Assembly: GCA_002309765.1 (NCBI GenBank) | Contig: DBXY01000058.1 | Span: 8,989-72,988, forward strand | Source of the DNA: Verrucomicrobia bacterium UBA1200 | Lineage (GTDB): Bacteria > Verrucomicrobiota > Kiritimatiellia > RFP12 > UBA1067 | DNA: 64,000 nt | Direction: 5' to 3' | Part shown: positions 47,455-57,363 of the stretch, piece by piece | How the letters are laid out: each line of letters begins with the position of its first letter | How positions within the stretch are numbered: position 1 is the first letter of the stretch | Notes under the pieces: model-generated | Told to the model about the DNA's origin: nothing | Databases searched by the model: none | What the model saw: the letters and a program-made list of their open reading frames with translations, nothing else | Made by a program: the position numbers and the translations under genes

Positions 47455-49404
47455 TCAGTATCTGCGGAAACCGTACCGTTCTGACAACAACCCCTTGGGC
47501 AACTCTTTGATAAACCGCGAGGGCTTGCACTGGAAAGCTCCGCCGTCGCGGGTATAGCGCATCGAAGGGGCGCACAACACCAAATCATCTCTGGCGCGGG
47601 TCACCGCCACGTAAAACAGCCGGCGCTCTTCGGTGTCATCGTCGTTTTCGGCCATCGACCGGCTCGACGGGAACATCCCCTCCACCGCCCAAATGATAAT
47701 CACCACCGGCCATTCAAGTCCCTTCGCCTGATGGACGGTGCTCAAATGAACCGCGTTGTTTTTATCACCGTCGATGCCCATCGCCTCTTGATCGACGTTG
47801 GTGAGCAACGACACCTCCTGTAAAAACTCGCGCACCGACGCCGATTTGCGCAACTGGTTCGCGAGTTCGCGCAAATCGTCTTCCCGGTCTTCCGGATTGT
47901 CAAACGACCTTGCCATATAGCCCCGGTAAAAAACCTCCAGGAAACGGTCCAGCACATCCGGGCCGGAAATCGTATCGCCGCTCGGCAGGTGGTAAGTGCC
48001 CATCAGCCGGTCAATATGCTGCCACTGTTCGCGAGCCGCCGGACGCAACAACCCCAGCAGCGTTTCGCGATCCTGCGTACTGGTCACGTCGAACTTGCCG
48101 CCGAGTTTTGCCCAAAGTTTCTCGATGGTCTTTTCCCCCACCCCGCTGAGCAAGCCCAGCAACCGGTTGAAGGAGAGGTAGTCGGTCTGGAATTCGCACA
48201 TCCGAAGAAAACTGATCACGTCTTTCACATGGGCGAGCTCGAACACCCCGACACCGGAAGTCACCACATACGGCACCCCGATGTTACGCAGATGAAACTC
48301 CAACCCCACCACATGGAAATGGGCACGGTACAGCACCGCGACATCTTTGGGCTGGTAACCGTCTTCAAGATACCGCCTAATCAGCCCGGACACCGCAATC
48401 CCCTGCTCTTCACCGTCATACAACAGATAAAAACTGGGTTTGCGGCGGGAATTGCGGACAGCCCGCAATTCCTTGGGATAACGCCGGAACTGTTCCGCGT
48501 TGCCGCGGATAGAGGCGTTGGCCACGTCAAGGATCTCCGGCGCGCTGCGGTAATTGCGCTCCAGCTTAATGATTCGACAGTCCGGCCAGCGGGTCGGGAA
48601 ATCCATAATGTTGGCAAAGTTCGCCCCGCGCCAGGAGTAGATGCACTGGAAATCGTCGCCGACCGCCATCACGCTTCGATTCCGCGCCGCCAGAATATCC
48701 ACCATCTCGGCCTGCATCCGGTTGGTGTCCTGGTATTCGTCAACCAGCACGTGGCGGAATTTTTCCTGATAGAACTCGCGGACGAACTGATGTTCTTTCA
48801 ACAACTTCAGACCATTGATCAGCAGGTCGTCGAAATCCATCATCCCCAACTCATTTTTCCGCTCGGCATACATCCGGGCAACCGCCACGATCTCCGACGG
48901 ATCGACCTTTAACGAATCGAGCTGCCCTTCAACCACCGATTCGATACCGCAACCGCGGTTTGCCGCCATGCCGATCATCGAGGCAATCACGTTTTTCTTA
49001 GGGAAGTCTTTTTTGTTGCGAGTAATGCTGTTAATGCACTGTTCGATAAGCTTGCAAGAGTCGTCCCGGTCCAGAATCACAAAGTCGCGCTGGAAGCCGA
49101 TACGGTCTGCCGCCTTGCGCAACATCCGGTTGCACACATGATGAAACGTGCCGCCCCACAGCGAGGATATCGCGTTGCCGGTCAACGAGTTGGCGCGTTC
49201 CAGCATCTCTTTTGCCGCCCGGTTGGTAAAGGTCAGCAACAGCAGATTTTCCGCCGGAACGCCGTGTTCCACCAAATAAGCCACGCGATAAGTCAACGTG
49301 CGCGTCTTTCCGGTGCCGGCGGCAGCCAACACCAGCAGCGGACCGTCTTCGGCGGTTACAGCATCAAACTGCTCATTGTTCAAAAGGTTTTCATAATCCA
49401 GCAT
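47455..49404 (-). CDS. UvrD/PcrA/Rep-family ATP-dependent DNA helicase
   Basis: Start set at the ATG at 49404 (MLDYENLLNNEQFDAV). Motifs AAAGTGKTRTLTYR (Walker A), VLVDEYQDTN (motif II), YRS, LSTVHQAKGLEWPVV and FYVAVTRA. Confidence 0.85.
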   Translation of the reverse strand: MLDYENLLNNEQFDAVTAEDGPLLVLAAAGTGKTRTLTYRVAYLVEHGVPAENLLLLTFTNRAAKEMLERANSLTGNAISSLWGGTFHHVCNRMLRKAADRIGFQRDFVILDRDDSCKLIEQCINSITRNKKDFPKKNVIASMIGMAANRGCGIESVVEGQLDSLKVDPSEIVAVARMYAERKNELGMMDFDDLLINGLKLLKEHQFVREFYQEKFRHVLVDEYQDTNRMQAEMVDILAARNRSVMAVGDDFQCIYSWRGANFANIMDFPTRWPDCRIIKLERNYRSAPEILDVANASIRGNAEQFRRYPKELRAVRNSRRKPSFYLLYDGEEQGIAVSGLIRRYLEDGYQPKDVAVLYRAHFHVVGLEFHLRNIGVPYVVTSGVGVFELAHVKDVISFLRMCEFQTDYLSFNRLLGLLSGVGEKTIEKLWAKLGGKFDVTSTQDRETLLGLLRPAAREQWQHIDRLMGTYHLPSGDTISGPDVLDRFLEVFYRGYMARSFDNPEDREDDLRELANQLRKSASVREFLQEVSLLTNVDQEAMGIDGDKNNAVHLSTVHQAKGLEWPVVIIIWAVEGMFPSSRSMAENDDDTEERRLFYVAVTRARDDLVLCAPSMRYTRDGGAFQCKPSRFIKELPKGLLSERYGFRRY

Positions 49405-50458
49405 CTTTATCCGCCCTCTTCGGCTTGGCTCCGGGTTCAAGTTCCATCAGAATCGGGAAATGGTCGGAATACCCGGTTAAATAGACATCGCCCACCGTTT
49501 TGTTGCGTTGGCGCTTGAATGGCAACGGTTCCCCTTTGCGGTTGCACTGGCGCGGGGTTTTAAACACCCGCATCGATCCCCGTTTCACCTTCCACGGTGC
49601 CTCGCCGTTCCACATCCCGCGTGAAATGTGGAACATATCCAACGTGCTCCATTTGTCACCGCTGGCGTAATAATAAGTCAACCGCTCGGATTCAGGCACG
49701 GTAGCGCTAAGGTTGAACAACAACCTCCCGGTACGGTTGGTCAAAAACAGTTGCTCGTCCAGCACAAACCCGGCGGTACCGGTCAGCACCTCAGACTCCG
49801 GCACGTCGTTGAAATCTCCGGTCACTACCACCGCCGCCGACGGATCGGTCTTCAACGCCTTGTCCACCAACCCCCGAGCCGCCTGGGCGCATTTGCGGCG
49901 CAATTCCTCACTCTCCTGCTTGTCGCCCAGCTGCGATTTCCAATGGTTGGCCAACACCGTAATCTTGCGACCGTCGAAATCAAAAGAAGCGGCCAGCACG
50001 TCACGCTGCCCGGACACCGGAGTCTTCCACTCGGTCTTCTCCGGCTTCCGCACCGCCAACATGGCAACATCGATTCCGCGCAAATCCGTGCCTTCGCGAT
50101 GGATGATAGCGGTCATCGGATAATCGTATTTTTCTTTCAGCACTTGCGTCAAGTCTTCCAATACCCGGCGGTTTTCCACTTCAGCCAAACACAAAACCTG
50201 AGGTTTCATCTCCCGTATGACCCCGGCCAGATGATCCAGCTTGGTGCGGTAACGGCGCTCACTCCAGCGCATCCAACCGCGGGGCGTATAGCCGTCATCG
50301 CCGGGATTGTCAGGGGCGTCCTCATAGTCAAACAGATTCTCAACATTCCAACTGGCGATAACCAACGGCTCGGTGCCGGACTGTACTTCCCAGGCCGCCA
50401 CCGTTAAAGCAAAAACCAAAAACAACCGACTAATCGCCACCGCAAGCTCCAAAATCAC
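49391..50458 (-). CDS. endonuclease/exonuclease/phosphatase (EEP) family protein, secreted or anchored
   Basis: 355 aa with N-terminal hydrophobic segment LFLVFALTVAAWEV. EEP blocks IASWNVENLFD, LCLAEVEN, VVVTGDFND, SDHFPI. Confidence 0.75.
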   Translation of the reverse strand: MILELAVAISRLFLVFALTVAAWEVQSGTEPLVIASWNVENLFDYEDAPDNPGDDGYTPRGWMRWSERRYRTKLDHLAGVIREMKPQVLCLAEVENRRVLEDLTQVLKEKYDYPMTAIIHREGTDLRGIDVAMLAVRKPEKTEWKTPVSGQRDVLAASFDFDGRKITVLANHWKSQLGDKQESEELRRKCAQAARGLVDKALKTDPSAAVVVTGDFNDVPESEVLTGTAGFVLDEQLFLTNRTGRLLFNLSATVPESERLTYYYASGDKWSTLDMFHISRGMWNGEAPWKVKRGSMRVFKTPRQCNRKGEPLPFKRQRNKTVGDVYLTGYSDHFPILMELEPGAKPKRADKDAGL

Positions 50459-50683
50459 AAAAACACCAAAAAAAACACTAATATCATACCAAAAATCGGC
50501 TCTAAACGCAATGTGTTAAACCGTAATGACGATAATTTATGGTACGCAATGAATTAGAAAATCCGCCATGCCGGATTATTCCGCCCATATTCATTCTCGT
50601 TTTGGCAAATATTGACTTTTGTTCTTGCTAAACGGTGGCAGGAAATGGCATCATATCACTGTCTTGAACAGTAGTATTTTGTT

Positions 50684-51202
50684 TTGGCGGAATCTTCCGA
50701 TCTTAATGCAGAGGAGTTTTTCGTGGCATCTGACAAATCAAAGGTTTTCTTGGGCAGCGCGTTCGGACTAGGTTTGTTGCCGATCATGCCCGGTTCTTTT
50801 GGGGCTCTGGTCGGTTTGGCCTGGCACTACGTGCCGTGGTATCTGGGGGTGAACGATTGGATTATCCGGCTTTGGTGTTTGGCCGGAATCGTTTTGTTTT
50901 CCGTCATCCACTATCGGCTCACCCCGTGGGCGCAGCGTTATTGGAACGACCCCGACCCCGGACATTTCGTGCTTGACGAGGTGGTCGGCTATCTGTGCGT
51001 ACCGTTGCTGGCGTTGCCGGAAACCTTGTGGTGGCACCCGTTGGCGGGATTCGCCCTGTTTCGAATTTTCGACATCATCAAACTGCCGGGAGCCCGCTAC
51101 ATCGACCGTAACATCCACACCGCCTCCGGCGTGCTGCTGGACGATGTGGTTGACGCGGCATACGCGGCGGTTGTCCTTTCGCTAATCATCAAATTCGTTT
51201 GA
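50684..51202 (+). CDS. pgpA: phosphatidylglycerophosphatase A
   Basis: 172 aa (TTG start in the track). PgpA pattern GLGLLPIMPGSFGALVGL...VLDEVVGY...FRIFDIIKLPGARYID. Confidence 0.8.
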   Translation: MAESSDLNAEEFFVASDKSKVFLGSAFGLGLLPIMPGSFGALVGLAWHYVPWYLGVNDWIIRLWCLAGIVLFSVIHYRLTPWAQRYWNDPDPGHFVLDEVVGYLCVPLLALPETLWWHPLAGFALFRIFDIIKLPGARYIDRNIHTASGVLLDDVVDAAYAAVVLSLIIKFV

Positions 51203-51233
51203 CCGCGTATCCGGTTGAACCTGGGGGAAGAAA

Positions 51234-52361
51234 ATGAAAAGACGCAATTTCCTAAAACTGTCCGCCGCGGCGCTTCCCGCGTTTGGCGGCTGCGCATACC
51301 TGTCCAAAGGCGGGGAACGTTACTCCGTGGCGATTCTGGGCGACACTCATTTTGACACCGAACCGGCCTCGGTTTACCACTCACACTACAAAAACGAGGG
51401 CAAAGCCGAATGGCTGTGGAAAGTCCAACGCCAGGAATTCGCGCGCAACGGCGAGATGTGGCGCGAGCGTTGCCGTAACCTGCTGGCCGCCAGCGCACGG
51501 GCGGCACAATCGCGGACGCGCTTTATTCTGCAAATGGGCGACATTATCCAAGGCGACTGCGATGACTATGCCACCCACCAAAAGATGCTCGACGACTGCA
51601 TCAAGATGCTCCGTTCCCCCTACCCCGGTTCGCTGCCGTTTCTGACTGTTGCGGGCAACCACGACTACCGGGGCATTGGCGGCCATCAGGCCTACTACGA
51701 ATTTTGCGAGCCGTTCATGTCTAAAGAACTCGGGAAACCGGTTAAATACCCCGCGTTTTCCCAAATCATCGGCGGCGACCTGTACGTGTTTTGCGATTTC
51801 GAAACCCGTAACCTCAAACCGATCATCAGCGAAATCGAGTCGAACCCGAATGTCCGCCACACCTTCTTGGTCACGCACGGACCTTTCACGCCCGGTGACG
51901 ACGGCAGTTGGCAGTGGCGACTTGGCGGCGACAACAACAAGTGCGCCAAGGACCGGGCCACCCTGTTTGAATTGTTGTTGAAACGCCACGCGATTGTGCT
52001 TTCCGGCCACACCCATAGGGTCGAATGGCGGGTTTTCAAAAAAGACGGCGTGGGGTCGTTTGCTGAATTCACCGCCAATTCCGTATGGTGCAATCCGGAA
52101 CTTGCCACCGCCGAACCGGTTTATGCCAAAGCCAAGGATTTCGGCTCGGTTTACCGCAACGGCGCGGGAGCGGAACCGGCCAACGCCGACCGGTTGAAAC
52201 GTTTTGAGCAGGATATCGCGTTCTTTACCCCGTATCTACAGGAGTGTTTCTTTAATCCCGGCGCGGGGCATTTCCGCATGAACGTTTCAGACCAATCGGT
52301 GACGATGGATTTTTATCCGGGCGACGCCAGTGAAATCGGCCGGACATTTACGCTTGCTTAG
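51234..52361 (+). CDS. metallophosphoesterase with Tat-like signal
   Basis: 375 aa. Signal MKRRNFLKLSAAALPAFGGCAY. Calcineurin-like motifs ILGDTHFD, GDIIQGD, GNHD, VTHGP, GHTHR. Confidence 0.8.
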   Translation: MKRRNFLKLSAAALPAFGGCAYLSKGGERYSVAILGDTHFDTEPASVYHSHYKNEGKAEWLWKVQRQEFARNGEMWRERCRNLLAASARAAQSRTRFILQMGDIIQGDCDDYATHQKMLDDCIKMLRSPYPGSLPFLTVAGNHDYRGIGGHQAYYEFCEPFMSKELGKPVKYPAFSQIIGGDLYVFCDFETRNLKPIISEIESNPNVRHTFLVTHGPFTPGDDGSWQWRLGGDNNKCAKDRATLFELLLKRHAIVLSGHTHRVEWRVFKKDGVGSFAEFTANSVWCNPELATAEPVYAKAKDFGSVYRNGAGAEPANADRLKRFEQDIAFFTPYLQECFFNPGAGHFRMNVSDQSVTMDFYPGDASEIGRTFTLA

Positions 52362-52391
52362 GCGTTTTCAATTGTCTGAAGAATAAAATAA

Positions 52392-52429
52392 TCCGGGCGG
52401 TTTGAAACCAAACCGCCCGGAAATTTTTT
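52392..52429. terminator. bidirectional rho-independent terminator between convergent genes
   Basis: 12-bp perfect stem TCCGGGCGGTTT / AAACCGCCCGGA (52392-403 / 52410-421) with a 6-nt loop. A T6 run follows on the plus strand, and an A/T-rich run follows on the other side. Confidence 0.8.
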
Positions 52430-52449
52430 GTCCCCTAAGAAACGCGTCC

Positions 52450-53943
52450 TTATTTGCTGCAAAGCGTGTAAAGCACGCCCGCCACCACGGCGGAACCGAT
52501 AACGCCGGATACGTTCGGTCCCATCGCGTGCATCAACAGATAATTGGTGGGGTCGGATTCCAAACCGACCTTGTTGGAAACACGCGCCGCCATCGGCACC
52601 GCCGAGACACCGGCGGAACCAATCAACGGGTTGATCTTTTCCTTCAGGAAGAGGTTCATAAAGCGGGCCATCATGCATCCGGCTCCGGTACCGACCGCGA
52701 AAGCGACCAATCCCAAGCACAAAATCTTGATGGTATCGAGCGTCAGAAACTTTTCGCAAGCCAGCTTGGACCCCACAGCCAGACCCAGCATAATGGTGAC
52801 GATGTTGCAAAGCGGTCCAGTCATGGTATCCGCCAAACGCGCCACCGACGGGCCGACTTCGCGGCAGAGGTTACCCAACATCAACGCGCCGACCAGCGGC
52901 ACCGCGCTCGGCAACAGCAACGCGCAAAGCAGCAAAACGGTAAGCGGGAAGCAAACTTTCTCCATCTTCGACACATGGCGCAGCTGCTTCATCTTGATCT
53001 TGCGCTGCTCGGCCGGAACCAACAGCTTCATGATCGGCGGCTGGATAATCGGAACCAAAGCCATGTAAGAATAGGCCGCAACGGCAATCGCGCCGAGCAA
53101 TTCCGGAGCGAGCTTGGAGGTCAGCCAAATCGCGGTCGGGCCGTCCGCTCCGCCGATAATGCCGATTGACGCCGCACCCTTGATGTCAAAACCCAGCATC
53201 AATGCGCCAAACAGCGCGAAGAAAATACCGAACTGGGCCGCCGCGCCCAGCAAGGCGGACTTCGGGTTGGCGATCAGCGGGCCGAAATCGGTCATCGCGC
53301 CCACGCCCATGAAAATCATGATCGGGAACAGACCGGTGTTGATGCCGAAATCAAAGAAGTAGTACAGGAAGCCGCCCGGCTCGGTCATGTGCGTCACGAT
53401 ATCCATCATCGGCGGCGCGGTGACGCCACTCAACGGAAGGTTCGAGAGCAACCCGCCGAAACCGATCGGGAGCAGCAAAAGCGGCTCAAAACCCTTCACC
53501 ACCGCCAGATAGATCAGCAACAGGCAGACAAACACCATCACCAGCTGCCCGACGCCGTATGGAAGCGCCCCGCCGAGAACCTTAACCTCATGGCCCTCGT
53601 GGAAACGCCCTTCCCAATCGTAATAGCCCTTGGTAAGGTACGCCGGAGGTTCGCCCTTGACAAAACCGGTGATGCCGGTACTGTCGATCAGGTTCTTAAC
53701 CCTGTCCAACATGGTCTTCCAGCTTTTTCCGCCGGATTTATCCAACGCCAGCGCCTCCGCCCGCACCTTGGCCAACTCGGCATCCTCTTGGGTCACCGTA
53801 GCAGGCGTCCAAACCCCGTCACCCCGGCGCTCGGCCCGGATGGACACATTGGGGTTGTGTGTATCCGCGTCATCGGCCACCGACACCACGTTGGCGAAAC
53901 CCAACGCCAATGCCGACAGCAGAACGGTCAAAAACTTTTTCAT
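52450..53943 (-). CDS. oadB: sodium-translocating decarboxylase beta subunit with ~110-aa N-terminal extension
   Basis: 497 aa. The conserved core starts at [21 protein letters not shown] (aa ~150). It is preceded by signal-like [23 protein letters not shown] and a soluble segment. Confidence 0.8.
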   Translation of the reverse strand: MKKFLTVLLSALALGFANVVSVADDADTHNPNVSIRAERRGDGVWTPATVTQEDAELAKVRAEALALDKSGGKSWKTMLDRVKNLIDSTGITGFVKGEPPAYLTKGYYDWEGRFHEGHEVKVLGGALPYGVGQLVMVFVCLLLIYLAVVKGFEPLLLLPIGFGGLLSNLPLSGVTAPPMMDIVTHMTEPGGFLYYFFDFGINTGLFPIMIFMGVGAMTDFGPLIANPKSALLGAAAQFGIFFALFGALMLGFDIKGAASIGIIGGADGPTAIWLTSKLAPELLGAIAVAAYSYMALVPIIQPPIMKLLVPAEQRKIKMKQLRHVSKMEKVCFPLTVLLLCALLLPSAVPLVGALMLGNLCREVGPSVARLADTMTGPLCNIVTIMLGLAVGSKLACEKFLTLDTIKILCLGLVAFAVGTGAGCMMARFMNLFLKEKINPLIGSAGVSAVPMAARVSNKVGLESDPTNYLLMHAMGPNVSGVIGSAVVAGVLYTLCSK

Positions 53944-53963
53944 GTTCGGTGGCTCCTTATTAA

Positions 53964-55790
53964 TTAGCCGATCAAAGCGAGCACATCACCGGTGTTGACT
54001 TTGTCAGTCTGGGCGACATTGATAGCCTTAATCGTGCCGTCGCACGGCGCGGCCACCGGAGTCTCCATCTTCATCACGTCCATCACGAGGATTTCGTCGC
54101 CCTTTGCGACCGTCGCGCCCACCGAAGCAGTCACGCGCAGAATCGAGCCTGGCACCGAAGCCTTAACCTCGGTTTCGTTGCCGGTGGCGGCTGCCGCCGG
54201 GGCGGCCTTCTGGATGCCGTCCGCCACGGTGAAAGCGATTTCCTTACCGTTGACCACAGCCTTGTCGCCCTTCAACTCCACGCCGTAAGCCTTACCGTTG
54301 ATGGTAACCGTGCAGGCGCCGCCCTTGCTTACCGCAGCGGGTTTAGACTCTTCAGCGAAACGGCAGCCCATCGGGGCCTTGGACGGATCCTTGAGAAAGA
54401 GAATACCCTTCTCTTTGCAGGAGGCGGCGATGAAGATGTTTTCGTCGGTCACCGGCAATCCAGCGTCCTCAAGCGCCTTACGGGCAACGGCTCCGCCTTT
54501 ATTGGGGTCGGCATCATTAAGCTCCAGCACCGTCTTGTCGGTCGGGGTGGAGTACGGCTTGGTGAGTTCGCTGGAAGCCATGAACTCCGCCGCCTTTTTG
54601 ACGATTTCCGGATCCGGCGGAACCGGGGTTTTGCCGAAGTAACCGAGCACCATCTTGGCGTAACCGGGAGAGAACTTCTTGAACTTTCCGAACATCACGT
54701 TCTGGATCGCCTGCTGGGCGTAGAACTGCGAAACCGGGGTCACGGAGGTACCGAAACCGCCCAACCGCACGCAATCGTACATTTCGGCGATCATGTCGTC
54801 GTACTTGTCCATCATGTTGTTGTCACGCAGCATCTGGGTGTTGGCGGTCAATGCACCGCCGGGCATCGGACTCCAAATGATCTGCGGGCTGACACTCATC
54901 GCCTCCGGCGGGAGGAAGTACTTGGCCATGGCAGCCTTGAAGGAATCCTCCGCCTTCTTGATCTTGTTGATGTCGAAGTCGAAACCGAAATCGGGGTCAC
55001 CGTCCAAACAGTGCCACATGGTGATGATGTCCGGCTGGCAGGTGCCGCCGCTCATCGGGGCCAACGAAAGATCGATACCGTCCGCGCCGCCGCGCAAAGC
55101 CGCGAGATAACAGGCCACGCCGTTACCGGCCGTCTCATGGGAGTGGAACTGGATGTGGATGCCGTCGCCAAGGAGCTGGCGGGCAAGCTTCATGGTGTTG
55201 TACACCGTGGCGGGGGTCGAGGTACCGGAAGCGTCTTTGAACGCCACGCGGTCAAAAGGAATGCCCGCGTCCATAATCATGCGCAGACGGTCACGGTAGA
55301 ACTCCGGGGTGTGGGTACCCTGATTGTCAATCCCGGGGGGCAGACCCATCATCGTCACGACCACTTCGTGGTTGAGCCCCGCGTCATGGATGCACTGACC
55401 TGACCACTTGAGGTTGTTCACATCGTTCAGCGCGTCGAAGTTACGGATGGATGACATCCCGTGCTTCTTGAACATTTGGGCGTGCAGCTTGATCATGTCG
55501 CTGGACTGGGATTCCAATCCCACCACGTTCACGCCGCGGGAAAGAGTCTGCAAATCCGCCTCCGGGGCGGCCTTGCGGAAAGCGTCCATAACATCAAAAG
55601 CGTCTTCCTGGCAATAAAAATAGCAACTCTGGAACCGGGCGCCGCCGCCCGCCTCAAACCAGCGGATTCCCGCCTGGTAAGCCTCTTCCACGCAGGGAAG
55701 GAAATCTTTGGAAAGAACGCGGGCGCCGATCACGGACTGGAAACCGTCGCGGAACGCGGTACACATGAATTTGACTTGTTTTTTGGCCAC
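53964..55790 (-). CDS. oadA: oxaloacetate decarboxylase alpha subunit (carboxyltransferase + biotinyl domain)
   Basis: 608 aa. N-terminal TAFRDGFQS carboxyltransferase TIM barrel. C-terminal biotinylation motif [12 protein letters not shown]. Confidence 0.8.
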   Translation of the reverse strand: MAKKQVKFMCTAFRDGFQSVIGARVLSKDFLPCVEEAYQAGIRWFEAGGGARFQSCYFYCQEDAFDVMDAFRKAAPEADLQTLSRGVNVVGLESQSSDMIKLHAQMFKKHGMSSIRNFDALNDVNNLKWSGQCIHDAGLNHEVVVTMMGLPPGIDNQGTHTPEFYRDRLRMIMDAGIPFDRVAFKDASGTSTPATVYNTMKLARQLLGDGIHIQFHSHETAGNGVACYLAALRGGADGIDLSLAPMSGGTCQPDIITMWHCLDGDPDFGFDFDINKIKKAEDSFKAAMAKYFLPPEAMSVSPQIIWSPMPGGALTANTQMLRDNNMMDKYDDMIAEMYDCVRLGGFGTSVTPVSQFYAQQAIQNVMFGKFKKFSPGYAKMVLGYFGKTPVPPDPEIVKKAAEFMASSELTKPYSTPTDKTVLELNDADPNKGGAVARKALEDAGLPVTDENIFIAASCKEKGILFLKDPSKAPMGCRFAEESKPAAVSKGGACTVTINGKAYGVELKGDKAVVNGKEIAFTVADGIQKAAPAAAATGNETEVKASVPGSILRVTASVGATVAKGDEILVMDVMKMETPVAAPCDGTIKAINVAQTDKVNTGDVLALIG

Positions 55791-55839
55791 GGTGGATTCT
55801 CCTTAATGAAACGTTACGAAAAGGGGTTAAAGAACGGGG

Positions 55840-56067
55840 TTAGCAACGGGAACGCGCGATGGCGATCGCCAACGCGATGGCGGCATCGTCACTCGCCGCG
55901 ATGGCGGGACGGGGCTTCTTTTTCGGCTCTTCATCCGGGAGCACGTAATTGAACCGGGGGATAATCTTGGCCATAAGATTCATAAAACAGACCAAAATCG
56001 CCAGGAATGCAAACACGATACCCATCCCGGCAACCAGCAGCACCAAACCTTGTTGAATGTTTTCCAT
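55840..56067 (-). CDS. oadG: decarboxylase gamma subunit (OadG-like)
   Basis: Start set at the ATG at 56067 (MENIQQGLVLLVAGMGIVFAFLAILV) behind GAGGAG. It is a single-TM small protein directly upstream of oadA. Confidence 0.65.
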   Translation of the reverse strand: MENIQQGLVLLVAGMGIVFAFLAILVCFMNLMAKIIPRFNYVLPDEEPKKKPRPAIAASDDAAIALAIAIARSRC

Positions 56068-56239
56068 GAACAAAACTCCTCGCGAAACTGGGGCACCTCC
56101 CCCCAAAAAATTGATTTAAAATCATATCACAACCGACGGGGAAACTCAAACACAAAATCGTAAAAAACGAAAAACCGCCATTTGGGGCCGGAACTGGCGC
56201 GGAATACCCGCATCCATGAGCAAACTCTTCATTCTTCAT

Positions 56240-56274
56240 AAAAAAAGTGCCCGGGCGGTTAGACCGACCCGGGC
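56240..56274 (-). terminator. rho-independent terminator of the lipoprotein operon
   Basis: Stem GCCCGGG / CCCGGGC (56249-55 / 56268-74), with extra CGG/CCG pairs inside. On the minus strand it is followed by T7 (56240-46). It lies 28 nt beyond the LpoB-like stop. Confidence 0.75.
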
Positions 56275-56301
56275 TTTTAATTAAAGACCGCAAATAATCC
56301 G

Positions 56302-56889
56302 TCAGAACATCGGGCGGTTGGCGGTTTTACGGATTTCCTGCTCATCCGTCCAGACAATTTCACCCGACCTCAAATCCTTGAGAATCATCGTGAATTTGTA
56401 GTAGTGGTCGGTCACCCTTCCGGAACGCGTTACGATATCCGACAGCGACCCGGTAAGGTACATCTGGGCAGCGGACTGCTGGCCGGGGCGGACCGCCTTG
56501 CGTTGATCCGTCAATCCCAGCTGGGCCTGTTCGTCCATGATGGCAATATCCGAACCCGCCGTAGAACGATCCACAAAGCGGAACAACCGCGAACGAATCA
56601 GCCGCGTCCGGACTGAATCGGTGATGCTCTTCATATCCACGATCATCTGCGACCGGTTCTTCATCGGCTCGATGTCGAGAACGGGACGTTCGTTCTTTGT
56701 CAACTCGCCCACCTCCGGATCCGCAATTAGCGATTCCGCCATCTTTTCCACCGTGCGACGGATGTCCTGCGGTTCGATCTTGGTGGTCATAGGAGTGCGG
56801 TCAAGCTCGGAATCGGTGATTCTCGGAGCGGTGGCACACCCCGTAAACAGGGCAAGTAGTGCGAGACAATAGAAACTTCTAACGTTCAT
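56302..56889 (-). CDS. LpoB-family (COG3417-like) lipoprotein
   Basis: Start set at the ATG at 56889 (MNVRSFYCLALLALFTGC, lipobox) behind GGAGAATAATA. Pattern PVLDIEPMKNRS...ITDSVRTRLIRS..FRFVDRS...AQMYLTGSL...YKFTMILKDLRSGEIVW matches LpoB/YcfM-type proteins. Confidence 0.7.
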   Translation of the reverse strand: MNVRSFYCLALLALFTGCATAPRITDSELDRTPMTTKIEPQDIRRTVEKMAESLIADPEVGELTKNERPVLDIEPMKNRSQMIVDMKSITDSVRTRLIRSRLFRFVDRSTAGSDIAIMDEQAQLGLTDQRKAVRPGQQSAAQMYLTGSLSDIVTRSGRVTDHYYKFTMILKDLRSGEIVWTDEQEIRKTANRPMF

Positions 56890-56923
56890 TATTATTCTCC
56901 TTGTCAATTGTTGTTGACGTTTA

Positions 56924-57337
56924 TCAACGGGCCGCGCGCCACTCGCGCACGCGAAGCCGGGAAGTCACGGCGTCAGGACTGTTTGCGACGCCCGTAACCG
57001 TGACTGAATCCATACCCTGAAGGATGAGCGAACGGTAGGTGCGCGAATCAGCGTCAATCTCCATCCCCTCGGCGTTGAACCAGGCGATGCGATACTGCAG
57101 ATGTTGCGTCCCCTGCACGAGCGATGTCAGCTGGATGTTGACGCGATTCAAACCGGACGGCACCCTGTCATAGGTGACCCCGTTGACCGCCAACTTGTTT
57201 TGCAGACGGGTGTTACCCTCAAAAAGGACGGAACTTCCCGTGGTATGATCCGTCACGAGCGATGTGCCGGCCGATGTGCGGCAACCGGCGGCAAGTACGC
57301 CAACCAACGCACAAACGAGTAGTGTTGTCAATTTCAT
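56924..57337 (-). CDS. YcfL/DUF1425-like lipoprotein
   Basis: 137 aa with lipobox VLAAGC. The characteristic block is LQYRIAWFNAEGMEID. It is small and all-beta, and sits directly upstream of the LpoB-like gene, as ycfL-lpoB do in E. coli. Confidence 0.65.
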   Translation of the reverse strand: MKLTTLLVCALVGVLAAGCRTSAGTSLVTDHTTGSSVLFEGNTRLQNKLAVNGVTYDRVPSGLNRVNIQLTSLVQGTQHLQYRIAWFNAEGMEIDADSRTYRSLILQGMDSVTVTGVANSPDAVTSRLRVREWRAAR

Positions 57338-57363
57338 GTTAATCCCTTTCTTTCAAGATTGCG

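Noticed and set aside
47455-50458. EEP nuclease + UvrD-like helicase pair considered as a phage-defence module (Gabija-like logic).
   Set aside because: The EEP protein has an N-terminal export/anchor segment, so it is extracytoplasmic. The helicase has all housekeeping PcrA/UvrD motifs and no extra domains. No other defence-type genes are nearby.
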